Below are positions 27,901 through 40,312 of a DNA stretch of 64,000 nt, one piece after another. Position 1 is the first letter of the stretch, and every line of letters starts with the position of its first letter. Origin of the DNA: Paraspadella gotoi (Eukaryota; Animalia; Chaetognatha); assembly GCA_051294375.1 (NCBI GenBank), contig JBJCIZ010001671.1, forward strand, positions 17,531-81,530, written 5' to 3'. The notes beneath the pieces are model-generated. The model saw nothing but the letters and a program-made list of their open reading frames with translations, did no database searches and had not been told where the DNA came from. The translations under genes were made by a program, and so were the position numbers.

Positions 27901-30018
27901 CTCTCGTCTCTCTCTCTCTTCTAGTCTTCTTCATCCTTCTTTTGTGCTCTAATAATAATATTACTCTCTATTATATGACGTCATGTCGGGTTAGTGGTTT
28001 TTCCCTGTGCACATACTTATTCGCTTTTCATCGTTCCCACCCTTTGCTGTTCTATGTTCCTCGTTGAGATATTATGAGTTTTTCTTTTATGCTTTCTAAC
28101 AGAATGTGTGCTTGAATATGAGTGCGATTCTATTTGATGAAAATGATCCCCTAGGCATGAGATAGGTTAGTCGTAACGCATCGAGTGTTGCTCGTGAGAC
28201 TGTTCCTTAGTTCCGCCCAGAAGTACAAAACTGGATTCTCCATTGTCGATCTTCCGCTAGTAGCCTGTAGCGGTACTTATATTATTGCTCATATATATAT
28301 TATAAACATTTTTTATCAATCTCTTTGTTTAAAGTCAATTTATTATGTTTTTGTTGGTTAATTCAGGATAAAATAATAATATGGACTTGTTACATACAAT
28401 ATGTAACATATGATAAGATTTAATTGCGTGAAACAAGTATTTGCAAATTTTCATAAAAATTTAATTTTGTTTATGAATTAAAAATTTTCATTTATATTTT
28501 AATTTAATTATTTACAGTTTTTCAGATAGAAAAATATTTTTTCAGCTCATTTATATATATTTTGTTCTCATTTTAGATTAGATAGAATTAAAATAGATAA
28601 TAATTTCATAACAAAATAAGAACAATAATATATGTAATTTTTTTCTGATTCTTCGATCACAAAGAGGAAGAGAGTAGAATAAGAAAACCAAAAAATAAGA
28701 GAGAAAGGCAGAATAGAAATTAAGCTGTGTCGCTCAAATATGACAATGTGGATACGGGCATAACCCTAAATGTCTTACATATTTGTGGCTAAACAAATAA
28801 GTTTTATAAGAAAATCCTAGAGAGAAGAACTAGAATCGATCGTGTCTGCATATACGATTTTAATATCATTACGTTAGCCTTTATTCTAACCAATAAAAAC
28901 AAGCGTCCTGACAGGGAATGTCCGAACCGCAATCCCTGGGGTGTTTAGTGGCCGTGATGCCGTTCAATCCTTTATTCTTCAGAGTTTCTGGTCTATCGCT
29001 TCTAAATGCCTCGCGTTCGTGCCGTTCTTTCAATCGGGCTACTCACGCTTCCAACTCGCCAGTGTTCGCTTAAGTTTGATCACGCGGAGGCGATGCGCTG
29101 TACTAGAAGTGCTCGTGGAGCAGGACGCGATGAAGCTGTTTCCCAGTTGGTTGAGTGCCACGATACGCAATATTAGGTCATCTCGTTTATTGGCGTGATT
29201 CGGTCAGTTATTTTTTTTCTTACACGTAACGTTTCCGTTGCCATCAAAAACGCGCCTGCAACGGTCACGAAATCCAGGTCAAGTAAGATATTCTTCATAT
29301 TTTCTCCAAAAAATCAACGAAAATCTCGGATGTAAATTTGGGAAATAAGCGCGGAATAAATGGCGATAATAAAAGTTTTTAGAATTGTTTAGAAACGTTT
29401 TTAGAATTGTCAGAATAAAGTCCAGTTTTTTAGTGTTTTACACGGTCGTCTTGCAGCTTAACCGAAGCGCGCCGTTTCAAGTTTTCATTTTTCCTTTTTA
29501 TTTTGCGAGTGAGGTTCGTACGTTTCGGCTATCGTCACACGGCGCCTCGCATCTTCGGGGGGTAGATGAGCGGTATCTTCGGCCGTCTTCGTGATCCGTT
29601 CGTACAAGTCGAACTTCAAAATCCTGTTTTATGGGTCAAATAGTATATTAGAGTTTACGACTTAATCGTAGCTTATTCCATCTCGCACAATTTAATCTAC
29701 TTGATAATTTGTACCCTCTTCGTCTCGTCATTGAAACTTGAATTACAATCGCGTGTGGAGGAGGGTTAGCACCGGTCAGTTGTCGTCTGTCGTCGCTGCC
29801 CGTCTGTCCGTTCGTCCGTTTTATAAGAAGAATGTTTTTGTTTTTAAGCAATTTGCACGGTTTTTTAGGCTTAACAAGTAAGTCCTGGGCGCATTTTTTG
29901 CATACTCAGCATTTTAAAATTTCTTCCTCTCTACTTTCCATCCCCCTGCGACCGGATATTTTAGATTGTTATTTCTAGACATGCTCAGGTATTTGGAATG
30001 CTTTTGGCATGCCCAAAT

Positions 30019-30027
30019 AGCGGGGGG
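30019..30027 (+). promoter_or_regulatory. Polypurine tract of BEL element
   Basis: AGCGGGGGG immediately precedes the TGTTACG LTR start. Confidence 0.7.
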
Positions 30028-30810
30028 TGTTACGAAATAACTATCTTTATATCACGAAGAAATCCAGCTTCTCCACCTTTTCCCGATGTTCTTTTGTCTT
30101 TTTTACTGACGCAAGAATTGCCAGCTTTCCAGCGATTACAGAGACATCTTCTATTTTAGACTTTTGTTATATATATATACTTAGGTACAGATTCCGTGGC
30201 GGATTCTGATTGGTTCATCGGATTTCGATAGATTTTATTTTTAATTACGATTTATCGATGTGAACTGTCAGATCTGTCCATTCTTGCACTTTCAGTTCTC
30301 TGAAAATCTCGGAATCTTTAGTTTTTAGAAACTATTTGGTAATTGCTGGATTGGTGGATTTTCCTGTGAGAGAAGCAACTTTTTGTTACTATTTTGGCTT
30401 CAGAAACAAGTAAGAAAGATTCTTTAAACTTTATATATATATATTTGCTGAGTTTGTATTAAATGTTTTGTTATCCTTTGCCCAGGACTTCTAACTTCAA
30501 CTTACCTTCAACTTCACTTCAACTTCAACTTCTCTTAACACAACTTCATTTCAACTTCTACTTCACTTTACACAACTTCACTTATCTTCAACTTTACTTC
30601 TCTTCACTTAACTTCAACCTTACTTCAACTATGTCCTGGGCTTCGCCTTTGTGGCCGAGACTTTGTCGTCCTCATCTATTGAGCGTCATAGACCGGCGCC
30701 ATCGTCTCCTCTGCGCCATTACGCCACAAATACCAACGCTTAATTTGGCGTAGAGTTAGCCCGGAAAAGTTAGCAAGTCAATGAAACCACTCTCCTAACT
30801 TAGTTCAACA
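30028..30810 (+). repeat. 3' LTR of BEL/Pao family
   Basis: TGTT...AACA termini, preceded by a PPT, similar to the two other copies. Contains an (ACTTCA)-rich expansion at ~30494-30630. Confidence 0.8.
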
Positions 30811-31119
30811 CAATCACCATTGAATTCTACAGACATGATTTCAGTAAAATCGCGATGAATGAAATTCAATATCTCATTTTTTGTTACTTTTAAATGCTCT
30901 ACTCTTTAATGATTTAGGATTTCTTCTTTGTGACGTCGTCGTCGGCGTCACGCTGTTTTTATATAAAAACTACTACGCTTTTATAGGTTTGGCTGGGACT
31001 TACCGTTTTTTTTATTATTGAATTATTGAATTATTATAAAGTTTTACAAAAGTGTGCGATCTTAGTAAGTTAAAAATTTAGATATGGCTTCTCATCTTGA
31101 AATAGCTTTGATATTTTCT

Positions 31120-34100
31120 TATTACATTTGGATTTAAGTATTTTTTGTTTGAATTTCCACTTCATTATGATTTACTGCAATATGCAAATGACATTATAGT
31201 ACTCATTATAATATCCAAATTAGTATATAGAAATGCTTTAATCTAATTTACATATTGCAGTATATAATATTGAAGTTGAAACTCAAAAATTTTTTTAAAT
31301 CTATAATAAAAATGGGAAATCAAAGGACTTTTTTAATGAGAAACTATATCTTAATTTTAATACAAATAAAAATAAAATCTTTTACAAGCTATGATTGGAA
31401 AAAATTGTAACAATTTCCAATTGTAAACAATTCTAACATTTTTTGCCTTTCTTTTATTGATTCAAATTATATATATATTTTTTTATTTTTTTGATTTGTT
31501 TTTTTTTTGTTTTCCAGTGTTTTAAACGTTAGTGTCTTTTGTTTTTATTGAATTTCTATACAAAGTTTAGTTTAAAAAAAAAAAAAACATTTTTGATTTT
31601 GTCAATACTGTTTTTGGTATTAATAATAAAAAAAAATTTATCATTATGTCATTAAAAAAAAATTATCTTAGTATCTATTGTTTTTATTGAATTTCAATAC
31701 GTAGTTTAGTTTTCCAGTCTTTTACACTGTTACTGTTTATGATTATGTTAATACTGTTTTTGGTATTAAAAAAAAAAAAATAATTTCTTTATTTAAACGT
31801 TAGTGTCTGTTAGTGTTTGTTTCTGTTGAATTTTAATAGTTTAGTTTTTACTTGCTTACTGTTTTCTAGTTTTATACACTGATACTGTTTTTTATTTCGT
31901 CAATACTGTTTTTGGTATTAAGGCGCTGCCTTTTCTGAATCGTTTAAAAAACGAAGTTTCAGGCTCTTTCTCTCTCTCTCTCAGTCTCTCTCTGTTCTCT
32001 CTCTGTACGACCTCTTGCGTGATCGTTCGTATTTTTTGAAAAATTCTAATTATTTTTTTCTTTCTAAAGAAAAACAATTTTCATTAGGAGCTGCCTTTTT
32101 TGAATCGTTTAAAAACGAGTTCAGGCTCTCTCTCCGTGTGTCTGTATCTCTCTGTACGATCTCTTTAGTGAACGTTCGTTTTTTGAAAAATTCTGATTAT
32201 TTTTAGTCGGATCTGCTTTCAGCAGATCCCGACTCTATAATTCACTTTGTCGGTCCTTTTTAATATTTTCGGGCACTCACTTATATCATGTCAGAACATC
32301 GAATTATGATAAATTATGAAAAAAAAAACGATGTCCGTCTGTCCATCCATCCATCCGTCCGTCCATCCCACCTTAGCAAAAAACACCAATTACTTGTGAT
32401 TGGATGGATGGATTGAGTAAGGAAGTGTGTGATTGAGCTGTATATGAAGTTTCGATGGAATCGTCCGAGTGGAAATGAGTGGATGGGGCGATTGACTTGA
32501 AATTTTGTATTTAGGTAGAAAAGTGTGTGATTAAACTGGAAATCAAGTTTCGATGGAATCGTTTGAGTGGAAATGAGTTTCAATGGAAAAAACAAAGAAC
32601 CTATTTCACTAATTGATTATGCTTCTTTTTCTTTTTATTTTAAATGTAAATGCAAGATGTATTATTTAATCAAATAATTAATCAGTTAATTAATCAATTA
32701 GTCAATTAATTAATCAATAATTAATCAGTCAATTAATCAAAACAAACATTTTGGATCAAATTAGTTAATTAATTGCCTAATTAATTAAATAACTTGAATA
32801 AATTAATCATTCATTAATTAAATAATTAACTTGAATTAATTAATAATTAATTAATAATTAATTACCGATAATGATCGTGGGCAGTTCCGACATTGTTTGC
32901 TCAAACTTGTTTTTATTCTAAAAACTTTTATTATCGCCATTTATTCCGCGCTTTTTTCTCAATACAAAATCCCAATATACAATAACTTACTTGGCCTAAA
33001 TTTCGTTGCCGTTGCGGGGCAGCTTCTCTCTCTCTCTCTCTCTCTCTCTTGTTTGATTTGTACACTCTCTGTCTCTCTCTCTGTAATAGGAATTAACATG
33101 ATTGTTATCAAAGAAATAAATAATATAATAAGCAAATAGCATATTTAATACAGATTTACATTGCCAGAGGAAGTCTTTTTCATACTCTGTCCAACGTTGT
33201 TGATCGAAAAAACTTAACTATTTTTTCACAATTTGAATATGCCGGATTATATGCTCTATGCCGATCTTTTTTTTACTGCCTATTTTTGCCGGTTTATGGT
33301 ATAACTACCAAACAATGTATCTAGTTATCAAGTTCCATTAGTGAGGCAGTGAGGAAGTTGAAATGTGTGTCCATTTTCTTTGTTTCATATCGATTAAAGT
33401 ATTTTTTGTTTGAATTTCTACTTCATTATAATTTACTGCAATATGTAAATTAGATTATAGTACTTATTGCAATATAGTATATAGTAAGCTATATTTTAAT
33501 TTGCATATTGCAGTAAATCATAATAAAATAGAAATTCAAACAAAAAATACTTGAATCAATATAAAACATGTGATTTTAAAAGTACTTGATGATGATGATG
33601 ATGATTTTTATTACAAATAAAAATATACACTTTTACAACTTCCAATTAAAAAAATTGTAACAATTTCTAATTGTAAAAAATTGTAACTTTTTTTGTCTTT
33701 CTTTTAAAAAAAAAGAAAGACAAAAAAAGTTTTAATTAGCAAACAAAAAAGGCATTAACAATTGTAAGCGGTTGTGACATTTTTAAAAATTATATATTTT
33801 TTTTTGTTAGGCGTTGCCTTTTCTGGTATTAACAAAAAAATTTACGACGAATGATTCATCAATTTTCATATTACATTTGGATTCAAGTATTTTTTGTTTG
33901 AATTTCTACTTCATTATGATTTACTGCAATATGCAAAATAGATTATAATACTCATTATAATATCCAAATTAGTATATAGAAATACTTTAATCTAATTTAC
34001 ATATTGCAGTAAATAATATTGAATATCAAATTCATAAAAAAATCTTTGAATCTATAATAAACATGTGAAATCAAAAGACCTTTTTAATGAGAAGCTATAT

Positions 34101-34200
34101 CTTAATTTTAATACAAATAAAAATAAAATATTTTACAAGCTATGATTGGAAAAATTGTAACAATTTCCAATTGTAATTAATTGTAACATTTTTTTCCTTT
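31120..34200. repeat. Three copies (~31120-31440, ~33395-33690, ~33870-34200) of an AT-rich repeat with an internal palindrome
   Basis: Shared ttttgtttgaatttc.acttcattat.atttactgcaatatg...catattgcagta...; the arms are self-complementary. Confidence 0.65.
32200..32914 (+). mobile_element. Short, apparently complete HINE/DINE-1-like non-autonomous Helentron
   Basis: 5' TTTTTAGTCGGATCTGC-tttca-GCAGATCCCGACT hairpin and a GTCC/ATCC microsatellite. 3' subterminal inverted copy GCAGTTCCGAC followed by the small hairpin GTTTG-ct-CAAAC and a T run. Confidence 0.65.
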
Positions 34201-35259
34201 CTTTAAATTATATAAATATTTTTCTTCTTATTTATATCAGTTGCTGCCTTTTCTGAACGAGTTCAGGCTCTGCAGTGCTATTTTCCAATCACTTTTGTCA
34301 GCCACTTTTGATATGTACTAAAAGCAAAGACTCGGCAGATTCTGAAAATATAGTTGGTTTTAATCTAAATTTGACAGTTCTCTTGTAATTAAGGCGCAAA
34401 TTTAAGCCAGAAAAAGCTCAAAAATTATAAAAAATTATGGAGAATATAATTATAAATTTTAATAATTTTTTTCAGTTTTTAAAGTTTAATATTAAGTATT
34501 TTGATTTTATTTCCAGTCAGTACTGCTAAATATTATTCTTTTAATACTTATTCTTCACAAAATTTAGAAATAATTTAGTAAGTATTTTATCAAAAAACTA
34601 ATGATCATCTTTATATTTTTATATTATATAATATTATATTATTAATAAAATTTATTAAAATAAAAGGTTTAATAAACAAGTTTGAGCAAACAATGTCGGA
34701 TCTGCCTACGATAATTAATAATTAATTAATTAATTTTAAAATGTAATAATTAATTTTAAATTTATATTCAACTTATCATAATCGATGTCCTTAAAATTGG
34801 GTTAGGACAGTTATTAAATATGTTGTTTACATTTTATCAAAAACAACAAATATCCTCTATTTTTATTTTATGTCTCCTTCTCTCTCTCTTCTCACTCTCT
34901 CTCTTCTCTCTCTTTTTATGCAATTGCGACGATCTTTATGCGTTTAAGATTTTTTAAATTTGCATCATTTTTTCACATTAATTAATTAATTAAAACATTT
35001 ATTAGTAATCATTAATATTAAAGATTCAAGTAAATGTGACTTAGTTTTTTTCCATCTAAATCATTTCTACTGGCACAATTCCGTCAAAACTTTATATAAT
35101 TATTATATATTAATAAATATTTAAAAGCTTCAGTGCAACAATCCAATGAACTAATTCAAAAAGTTACATTGAAAATCGATTTAATAGTAAAAGGAAAAAA
35201 AATTTTAAAGAGAACTAGAAGTTATAAAAAGTGTTCATTTTGCGCCGCCTTACTAGATA

Positions 35260-35799
35260 TTAGGCCGGAACAAGTTGAAAACTAGAAGTTCTCTCAAATA
35301 AATAATGGTTAAGCGACTATTAAATAATATGAAAATGAAAATAATTTTTAATTTTTGCTTATCAATTTTTTTATAGATTCTGATAAATAAATAATAATAA
35401 TAATAGTTAGATAAAGGTTATTAATACAACTTTTAAAATTTTTTTGTTTTATTAATGAAAAATTTTTTAAAAAAATTTAGCCAATAATGATGATGATGAT
35501 GATTTTTTAAGGTTTTTTTCTATTTTTAACCAATTTATTGTCAAAATTTGAAAAAAATTATAGTACTAACTTTCATTTAACTTTTTAAGCTTTACAAGAA
35601 CCCGTTCTTAAAAAAATCAAATTTTTAAAATTTTTTTTGTCATTTGTTATATATTAATAAATATTTAAAAGCTTCAGTGCAACAACCCAATGAACTAATT
35701 CAAAAAGTTACATTGAAAATCGATTTAGTAGTAGAAGGAAAAAGAAATTTTTTTGAGAGAACTAGAAGTTATAAAAGTGTTAATTTTGGCCCGCCTTCA
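35260..35799 (+). mobile_element. MITE copy (same family as 43025-43634); partial 3' copy just upstream at ~35100-35252
   Basis: Starts ttaggccggaaca, ends ttttggcccgcctt; collinear with 43025-43634; flanked by AGATAT on both sides. Confidence 0.7.
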
Positions 35800-35939
35800 A
35801 GATATATTGCATGTGATTAAACAATGTTATCGGAATATAATTTTATCAATTTTATGTATTTTGTAAGTATTTAAAGTATTTTTATTCAGTGAGTAAAATA
35901 ACAACTTTTTTATTCGCTAATTTTTATCTCGGACTCTGT

Positions 35940-35942
35940 CTG

Positions 35943-35983
<41 letters not shown>

Positions 35984-36150
35984 AATTGCAACGATCCTAT
36001 GCTCATTTTTCTGTCTCTCTCTCTCCCTCTTTCTCTCTTTGCAATTGCGACGATCCTTATGCTCATTTTTCTGCTCTCTCTCTCTCTCTCCTCTCTCTCT
36101 CCTCTCTCTCTTTCTTTGCAATTGCGACGATCCTTATGCTCATTTTTCTG

Positions 36151-36206
<56 letters not shown>

Positions 36207-36232
36207 GCAATTGCGACGATCCTTATGCTTTT
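35940..36232 (+). repeat. Compound tandem repeat: (CT)n interspersed with TTTGCAATTGCGACGATCCTTATGCTCATTTTTCTG x4
   Basis: Directly visible; explains the overlapping low-complexity ORFs. Confidence 0.85.
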
Positions 36233-39200
36233 AGGATTTCTGCCTGCATCATTTTTTCAACCTGCATAATTTTTTTAATTGCATCATTTCTTCACATTAA
36301 TTAATTAATTAATTAGTTATAACATTTATTAGTAATCATAAATTAGTAATCATAAATAATAAAGATTAAAGTAAATGTGACTTATGTTTTTTCCATTTAA
36401 ACTCATTTCCACTGGCACAATTCCGTCAAAACTTTATATCTAACTTCTTCACACACTTTCCTACCGCCTCACAAAATTTCATCTCAATCTATTATGGGTT
36501 AAAATAAGTAAAAAGATTGAAGTAAATGTGACTCACATTTTTTTCATTTAAACTCATTTCCTCTAGTACGTTTCCACCGAAACTTTATATCAAGCATCGT
36601 TACACATTTTTCTACCCACACAAAAAATTTGAACTCAATCTATCCATCCAATTATGATTAATTAGAGTACTTATTAGTTAAAATAAGTAAAAATATTTTA
36701 GTAAATGCGACTTATGTTTTCCACTTAAACTCATTTCCACTCACACGATTCCGTCGAAACTTTATATCCAGCTTTATCACACACTTTCCTACCCACACAC
36801 AAAATTTCATTTCAATCCAACCAGCCAATCACGAGTTATTGGGCTTTTTGCTAAGGTGGGACGGATGGACGGATTGATTGACTGATTAATTAATTATTGA
36901 TTAATTAATTGACTAATTGGTTAATTAACTGATTAATTATTTGATTTATTAATACATCCTGCATATACATTTAATATAAAAGGAAAAAGAATCATAATCA
37001 ATTAGTGAAACAGGTTTTTTGTTTTTTTCCATTTAAACTCATTTCCACTCAAAAGATTCCATCGAACACTTTTCTATCACATACAAAATTCCAGGTCAAT
37101 CGATAATTAAGTGGTAATAAGCTAACTTGGTCAACTTGCATAATTTAATCAACTTGCATAATTTTGTCAACTGACATAATTTGGTCTACTGACATAATTT
37201 GGTCAACTGACATAATTTGATCAATTAAGATAATTTGGTCAACCGGCATAATTTGGTCAACTGGCATAATTTTATCAACTGGCCTAATTTGGTCAACTGG
37301 CATAATTTGGTCAACAGGCATAATTTGGTCAACTTTAAGAATTTGGTCAACTGGCATAGAATTTGGTCAATCAATCAATCAATTAATCAGAGAGAGAATC
37401 TTTAAAAATTTCAAATAAATGTGTCTTTTGGTTTTCTAATTTGAACTCTTTTCCACTTCTACGATTCCATCAAAAAATTTCTATCCAGCTTTATCACATA
37501 CTTTCCTACCCACACACAAAATTCAATTTCGATTTATCTATCCAATTTTTAATAAACATGACATAAATATGACTTTTATTTTTTCCATTTTAACTCATTT
37601 TCCACTCGCACGATTCCATCGAAACTTTATATCAGCTCAATCACACACTTTCCTACCGTCATACAAAATTTCAAGTCAATTGCCCTATCACTCATGAGCA
37701 ATTGGCGTTCAAATAGTGAAATATATTTTTTTGTTTTTTCCATTTAAACCAATTTCCACTCGCACGATTCCCTCGAAACTTCATATCCACCTCAATCACA
37801 CAGTTTCCTACCCACACACAAAATTTCATACCAATCCATCCATCCAATCACGAGTAATTGGAGTTTTTTGCTAAGGTGGGCCGAACGGACAGTAACAGAC
37901 AGACTGACAGACAGACAGACAGACAGACAGACGGACGGACGGACATACATCGTTTTTTTTTTGCATAATTAATCATTTTTCGATGTTCTGACATGATTTA
38001 AGTCTGTGCCCGACAATATTGAGGGGGCGGACCGACGGACCGACAAAGTGAGTTATAGAGTCGGGATCTGCTGATAAGCAGATCCGACTAAAAATATAAA
38101 GTCTACATCGAAAATATATTTCAAAATTAAATCAAGTATAGATTTAATCATTATTTTATTTAAAAAATCCTTTAAATTAATTTTACACAAAAGATTACGA
38201 TCAAAGAAAAACCGCAAAAGTACTCGATCACTTGGAAACTCTGGAGAGTTCCTTTCCGGTCAAGGTTTATCAGTCCCAAAGTCTTCTACAGACAAAAAAG
38301 AACCTAATAAAATGAGTCGTGACTCTTCATCTGGTGTAATTAAAAATTTAGGTAACTCTAAAGTACAGGTTATATAAGTTTAACTTTAAGTCTACTTCTA
38401 AGAACCTAGAAAACCCTAAAACTAAGACTAGGCTTAAGGTTAAAATTTTGATTGAAATGATAATCCTTTTTCTCCTTAATTAGGTTATAAAACTTAATTT
38501 GAAATTTGATTAACCTTTCAAGTTTAGGATTGAAAATTTGAAAATTTGATTAATTTTCATTCTAAGGCTGGTCGTGATGTAGGTCAGTGGATCCTAGGAG
38601 CTTCCCTACAACGCCCTGATTCGAACATAATCGAATGGAGGGGGTGTATCGGCGGTGGCGAGCGTCGCCGTAGGGGCAGACGGCTAAACGTCCGACGATA
38701 AGGACTGAAAATATCTTGGTTCAAGTTTCCCAAATTCGCAATCGGGAGTCGCGACGACGGATAATTGAAGAAGAGGAAAAAGGTTGGCCGAGGCAATCTG
38801 GGTTATTTTAGATAACATTTGATTTGGAATTTTGTAATTCTTCAGTTGCCTCAAAGATTACGACGTCGAAACGGTTTTAAGACCGTTTATTTACCTTTTA
38901 ACCAAAATTTTATTGTTATTTGGATGTTTTACAAGCAATTTGGAAATGCAAAATAAACAACTTTTGAAACCTCGAACGTCGCCATTTGTAAAATAAGTCT
39001 GAAAGCAGAGGCAACTTAAACAGGGATGCTCTCACGTTATTTATATTACAGAACTCTTAATTTTTACTTTGTTCCGCCTTAGTATATATAAATATGGCTT
39101 ACTGCGTAAATTGTAAAATTTAAAATGAATTTTTTTTATAAAGAAATGTTCATAAGTATAATGTTGTTCGTTCCTCACTTTTAGAATTTTAATTAGAGTG

Positions 39201-39428
39201 AAATTTATAATTTTTACTATGGTTTACTACTCACATCAGCTCTAAAGTTTGCCGTCAGTTCATGCTTGAAGTATCGAGTGAGGTATTTCTTGTAGCACTC
39301 CGTCACAGCGTATGGCTTCTTTACCTGCAAATCATCGTGACTCATTCAGTTATTTAAACTTATGGCCCAAATAATGAAAAATATCAGCGAGAATGAAAAT
39401 ATAGTATTCCCCGATCTGTCTTTTCAAA

Positions 39429-40312
39429 CAATTGAAACATTCTTTGAAATATTATACCACTTCATTGATAGGGAAGCCAGGTACTCTGGGAGTGAATAAA
39501 CGAGACTGTGAGAGAGTCTTAATTGAAAGCTTGCTGGTGAAGAGACAGTAAGGATTGTTGTGAGTTAGTGACAGAACCGTTCAATATAAGCAGTCCCTGA
39601 GCTTCGGATCAGGCTGTAACACCATGTTACAGGCGGGTTAAGCGCCCCGTCCCTCTTAACTGCTAGGCGGCCACCGAGCTAGAACCCCAGACCCTTGGGT
39701 TGGGAGGCGAATGACTTGCCTCCGGCACCAATGGCCACTGATGAACGGTTGGTGGATTTTAGTACCTGCTAGTGGTATATAGTGCCTGAATCTAGATTCA
39801 GATTTTCAAAAAACTTTCAAAATATGATCAGAAATGGTTCTGATCATATTTTGAAATTGGAAATTAGATTCACAGCCGGTAGATCAAGTATGCTTAAAAG
39901 GTTAGTAATAAAAATCGAGTGACTCGAATATGCAAATGAGATTAATGCGTCATCGTAAGGTTGAATATAAGGCAAAAGAGAGCATAAACATTTTAATAAT
40001 AACTATTTTTTTAAAAAACAATTAATAAATATGTTTTAATTTGTTTTGATAGTTCTGTATAATAAAAAATATTCATAAAAGCTAATTAATTTAGTTAATC
40101 AAATTGGTTAAACAATTATTTCTTTTTTAATTTTAAGAAAATATTTTAAAAAATATATCTTTTTTAATAAGGAATCAATTGGTGCAAGAAAATTATATTA
40201 TTACAATACAATTGAAACATTCTTTGAAACATTATACCACCTCATCGATAGGGAAGCCAGGTACTCTGGGAGTGAATAAAAGAGACTGTGAGAGTCTTGA
40301 TTGAAAGCTTGC
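39429..40312 (+). repeat. ~105-bp direct repeat pair (39429-39535 and 40209-40312)
   Basis: caattgaaacattctttgaaa.attataccac...gatagggaagccaggtactctgggagtgaataaa...ttgaaagcttgc occurs twice. Confidence 0.8.
39600..39740 (-). mobile_element. Possible degenerate tRNA-derived SINE head
   Basis: Minus strand reads ggccattggtgccggagg...ggggttctagctcggtggcc, with A-box-like and B-box-like motifs at tRNA spacing. Confidence 0.3.

Larger units (their letters stand above)
12913..30810 (+). mobile_element. BEL/Pao LTR retrotransposon, degenerate, possibly chimeric
   Basis: 5' LTR starts TGTTACG at 12913. BEL-type RT, RNase H and integrase motifs lie at ~17-22 kb. A G-rich PPT precedes the 3' LTR (TGTT...AACA, 30028-30810). 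The LTRs are clearly diverged from each other and no TSD is visible. Confidence 0.7.
34674..38094 (-). mobile_element. Long HINE/DINE-1-like element (minus strand) with internal insertions
   Basis: 5' hairpin at 38059-38090; 3' end aaacaagtttgagcaaacaatgtcggatctgcc at 34674-34706. Contains the 120-bp subrepeats, the 18-bp minisatellite, (GACA/GACG)n and a MITE. Confidence 0.55.

Noticed and set aside
24500-28900. Featureless AT-rich stretch (also 53210-53830)
   Set aside because: No ORF, repeat or motif could be supported; the texture suggests low-accuracy gap-fill sequence.
35889-36304. Several SL/ER-repeat ORFs (also 9546-10107, 42296-42951, 61397-61788, 63435-63791)
   Set aside because: They are translations of (CT/AG)n microsatellites and low-complexity tracts.
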